Of a stretch of 64,000 nucleotides of DNA, positions 61,271 through 64,000 are shown one piece after another. The notes below the pieces were generated by a model. The model was given only the letters and a program-made list of their open reading frames with translations, had not been told where the DNA came from and ran no database searches. Within the stretch, counting starts at the first letter, position 1, and every line of letters starts with the position of its first letter. A program made the position numbers and the translations under genes. The DNA comes from Gammaproteobacteria bacterium (lineage in GTDB: Bacteria > Pseudomonadota > Gammaproteobacteria > GCA-001735895), in the NCBI GenBank assembly GCA_024225395.1, contig JAAEMR010000159.1, positions 811-64,810 of the forward strand, in the 5' to 3' direction.

Positions 61271-61298
61271 AAAAACGGAGCCATCAGGCTCCGTTTTT
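61271..61298 (-). terminator. intercistronic intrinsic terminator/attenuator between dctP and dctQM
   Basis: On the minus strand: CGGAGCC-UGAU-GGCUCCG followed by U8. Located 20-45 nt downstream of the dctP stop. Confidence 0.5.
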
Positions 61299-61316
61299 AC
61301 TTCTTTAAACCAGTCT

Positions 61317-62408
61317 TTACAGACCCAGTACGCGGTTTCTCTGCTCAATATAAGCAACGTCAGAGATTTTAGCCCAGGCACCGACATCCTGACGTGCAGT
61401 CAGAAAACTATCGTGAACTTTTTTGGCCAGTGCACTATGTGCCCGAACTTCCGCAAATACTTCCTCGGCTGCGTCACCAAAGCTATCATAAGTATCATCA
61501 CTGAATTTACGCAGCTTGACACCCTGCTCATTAATCAGTTTGGCCAGATGAGCACCATTCTTGGCATTGTACTCAGACATCATGATAGAGTTTTCTGTTT
61601 CAGCAGCGGCTCTAATGATCAGTTGATCTGTCCTGGACAGACCATCCCACCATTTTTTATTCATACCAACACTCAGTGAAGCACCTGGTTCATGCATTCC
61701 AGGGTAATAGTAATATTTGGCTGCTTCATAAAATTTCATGAAACTGTCATTCCATGGGCCAACCCATTCAGTTGCATCGATTGCACCGGAAACCAGGTTT
61801 TCATAAATTTGACCACCAGGTAATGAAACAGGAGAAGCGCCCAGTTTAGCCAGAACGTCGCCGCCCAGACCGGGAATACGCATTTTCAACCCTTTAAAGT
61901 CATCGGCAGAATTCATTTCCTTACGGAACCAGCCACCCATTTGAACACCTGTATTACCACAGGGTAGACATTTTACACCAAAACCACCCGCTACTTCGTC
62001 ATGCAGGGCTTCACCACCACCAAATCTCATCCATGCATTGAATTCAGTATAAGACAGACCAAATGGTACAGCAGTAAAATAAGCCCATGCAGGGTGCTTA
62101 CCTTTCCAGTAGTAATCTGCACCATGGTACATTTGTGCATTACCAGATGAAACTTCATCCAGTGAATCGAAAGCTTTTACTCTTTCACCAGCCGCAAAAT
62201 AGTTAACCTTCATACGACCACCGGAAATATCTTCCAGGTTTTTTGCGAAACGCTGAGCACCCGTACCCAGACCAGGAAAATCACGAGGCCAGGTAGAGAC
62301 CATATTGATTTCTATTCGACTTTTTGCAATAGCTGGTGCCGATACGGCAGCGCCAGCAGTACCAAGAGCAGCAGCTACACCTGTTTTCAGAACATCACGA
62401 CGTTTCAT
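61317..62408 (-). CDS. dctP: TRAP transporter substrate-binding protein (DctP family) with Tat-type signal
   Basis: 363 aa. MKRRDVLKTGVAAALGTAGAAVSAPAIA is a twin-arginine signal. The remainder has a periplasmic-binding fold typical of DctP-type SBPs. Confidence 0.75.
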   Translation of the reverse strand: MKRRDVLKTGVAAALGTAGAAVSAPAIAKSRIEINMVSTWPRDFPGLGTGAQRFAKNLEDISGGRMKVNYFAAGERVKAFDSLDEVSSGNAQMYHGADYYWKGKHPAWAYFTAVPFGLSYTEFNAWMRFGGGEALHDEVAGGFGVKCLPCGNTGVQMGGWFRKEMNSADDFKGLKMRIPGLGGDVLAKLGASPVSLPGGQIYENLVSGAIDATEWVGPWNDSFMKFYEAAKYYYYPGMHEPGASLSVGMNKKWWDGLSRTDQLIIRAAAETENSIMMSEYNAKNGAHLAKLINEQGVKLRKFSDDTYDSFGDAAEEVFAEVRAHSALAKKVHDSFLTARQDVGAWAKISDVAYIEQRNRVLGL

Positions 62409-62556
62409 ATATTTTTTCCTCTAAAGGGGTGTTTTTATTTATATTATCCGATTTTACTCATCAGCCTATGGCCAATCGAGAGCTAAACTTGGCTGATTCT
62501 CTACTCTAACTCTCTTCATATCAAGTCATTAAAGTTATAAGCTAATAATTATTTCC

Positions 62557-63381
62557 TCAACCCAGATGTTTATGTAAAAAAGCCAACGACCTGGACCAGG
62601 CTAACGCGGCATCATCAGCATCATACCTGGATCCGGTGGGGTTTGCGAAAGCATGGTTAGCGGTATACCAGTGATGGGTGTAATCTTTTTTACCCGCTTC
62701 ATCCAGCGCTTTTTCAAATTTACCGACCATTTTTTCATTGATCGATTTATCCAGGGTACCAAAGTGTCCGAGGACCGGGCTTTGCAATGAAGCCAGTTGG
62801 GCTGCCGATTTAGTCACCCGACCATAGTAGATAACCGTTGCATCCACCGGGGTTAACAAAGATGTTTCCAGCGACCAGCCGCCACCAAAACACCAGCCCA
62901 GTGTAGCCACCTTACCATTACCCTTTGAATTAGCTTTTAACCAGTTCACCCAGGCCACTACAGATTCTTTTGCTGTAGCCATATCCATGCCCTTCATATA
63001 TTTCATGGCATCTTCTCTTTTGCTGGCAACTTTACCGTTATACATATCTACAGCTATTGTCAGAAAACCTTCGTTAGCAAATTCCTGGGCAACCGCTTTA
63101 ATTTGGTCATTCAATCCCCACCATTCATGAATCAACAATAATGTCGGCGCATTTGCCTGTTCAGGGTAAGCCACCGCTGCAGATGTCATTGCTCCACCAG
63201 GTGTTTTGATACTGACAGTTTCAACTCCTTTGGCCGCTGCTGCAGCCAGTACCGGATCAGCCAGTATTGCGGCCAACGGCAAACTGGCCAAACCTTTAAT
63301 GAAAGCTCGTCTTTTTTGTTCAGGCACTTCTATCGGTGGCATATCACTATAATCTGCACCACAACTAATTTCATCGCACAT
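62557..63381 (-). CDS. dienelactone hydrolase family protein (Tat-exported)
   Basis: ...RRAFIKGLASLPLAAIL (Tat motif), then ...LLLIHEWWGLNDQ...GWCFGG... (DLH nucleophile elbow). The true start may be the internal Met at about 63339. Confidence 0.7.
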   Translation of the reverse strand: MCDEISCGADYSDMPPIEVPEQKRRAFIKGLASLPLAAILADPVLAAAAAKGVETVSIKTPGGAMTSAAVAYPEQANAPTLLLIHEWWGLNDQIKAVAQEFANEGFLTIAVDMYNGKVASKREDAMKYMKGMDMATAKESVVAWVNWLKANSKGNGKVATLGWCFGGGWSLETSLLTPVDATVIYYGRVTKSAAQLASLQSPVLGHFGTLDKSINEKMVGKFEKALDEAGKKDYTHHWYTANHAFANPTGSRYDADDAALAWSRSLAFLHKHLG

Positions 63382-63431
63382 AGCTTATCCTCTCTTTATT
63401 GGTCGTTTTTTATAATATATATAATGAACTT

Positions 63432-64000
63432 TTAGTCACTCACTTCAGGTTCGGCTTGATAGCTTTCCTGCCTAAACCACTCAGCCACATCTTCATACAC
63501 CGATAACATGGCAGGAATCACCATCAGAATCAACAGGGTTGCATAAGCCAGCCCAAATGCAATGGAAACAGCCATCGGAATAAGAAATTGCGCCTGCCTG
63601 GAAGTTTCAAATAATAACGGTGTTAAGCCGGCAATCGTAGTTAAAGAAGTCAGTAACACGGCACGCAAACGCTGGCAGGCTGCTTCCACCAATGCTTCAT
63701 GAATACCCAGACCTTTTGCCCGAATATGCTTGTAAAAAGTCACCAGAATAATCGAATCATTGACCACGATGCCGGACAGGCCAAAAAAACCAAACAGGCT
63801 TAACATGGTCATATCCATACCCATCACCCAGTGACCTAATACGGCCCCGGTTAAACCCAGCGGTATGGTCAGCATCACCAGTAATGGCCATCCATAAGAT
63901 GAAAAAACCCAGGCTAATACCAGATAGATCATTGCAAAAGCTATGCCTACACCGATTCTCATATCGGTTAAAGTTTCACGCTGACTGGCAGCCCGTCCTT
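63432..64000 (-). CDS. RND efflux transporter permease, C-terminal portion (N-terminus beyond window end)
   Basis: The translated C-terminus (...LGLTGAVLGHWVMGMDMTMLSLFGFFGLSGIVVNDSIIL...) matches the last TM bundle of AcrB/HAE-type RND pumps. The ORF is open to the window end. Confidence 0.7.
   Translation of the reverse strand, partial: GRAASQRETLTDMRIGVGIAFAMIYLVLAWVFSSYGWPLLVMLTIPLGLTGAVLGHWVMGMDMTMLSLFGFFGLSGIVVNDSIILVTFYKHIRAKGLGIHEALVEAACQRLRAVLLTSLTTIAGLTPLLFETSRQAQFLIPMAVSIAFGLAYATLLILMVIPAMLSVYEDVAEWFRQESYQAEPEVSD

Overview
This 64 kb window of an AT-rich gammaproteobacterial chromosome is densely coding, with about 65 genes, mostly on the minus strand, and no rRNA, tRNA or CRISPR array that I could see. 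By eye, the PPi-based glycolysis genes (pfp, hppA, ppa), the sterol-desaturase-family gene and the codon usage suggest a Methylococcales-type methanotroph, but this is a guess.

Conserved blocks are mrdA-mrdB-mltB-rlpA-dacA-dat-ybeD-lipB-lipA, an anaerobic module (class III RNR nrdD/nrdG convergent with ubiT/ubiV/ubiU for O2-independent ubiquinone synthesis, with two FNR-type boxes in the nrdD/ubiT intergenic region), a pyrophosphate-economy cluster (hppA, adk, pfp, ppa), a TRAP transporter (dctPQM) and several c-di-GMP signalling proteins.

The most interesting content is a set of genes I read as selenium/metalloid-linked, ranked first to least interesting here:
- a three-gene ArsS-like radical-SAM / GT2 / DUF2064 cassette of the rSAM/selenodomain type, directly after a sterol-desaturase-family hydroxylase;
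- an NDH-like flavoprotein fused to SelD;
- an operon of tpm (thiopurine/selenium S-methyltransferase), DUF2797 and a DUF971 domain fused to a MoaD-like domain that lacks the GG tail, with a second DUF971 paralog near the window start.

Other structural oddities:
- the NrdD glycyl-radical motif (TRVMGY) sits in a separate 53-aa ORF that overlaps both the nrdD 3' end and the nrdG 5' end;
- a five-copy family of MITE/REP-like intergenic elements has inverted arms built from CACGAAG heptads, clustered around the PPi-metabolism genes;
- a roughly 49-bp element occurs twice, once just 3' of nrdG and once just 3' of selD;
- an IS91-family transposase C-terminal remnant;
- a PP2C phosphatase fused to an FGE-sulfatase domain;
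- a DctM permease with a roughly 330-aa coiled-coil tail.

All calls are from reading the sequence and ORF translations; no database searches were run.
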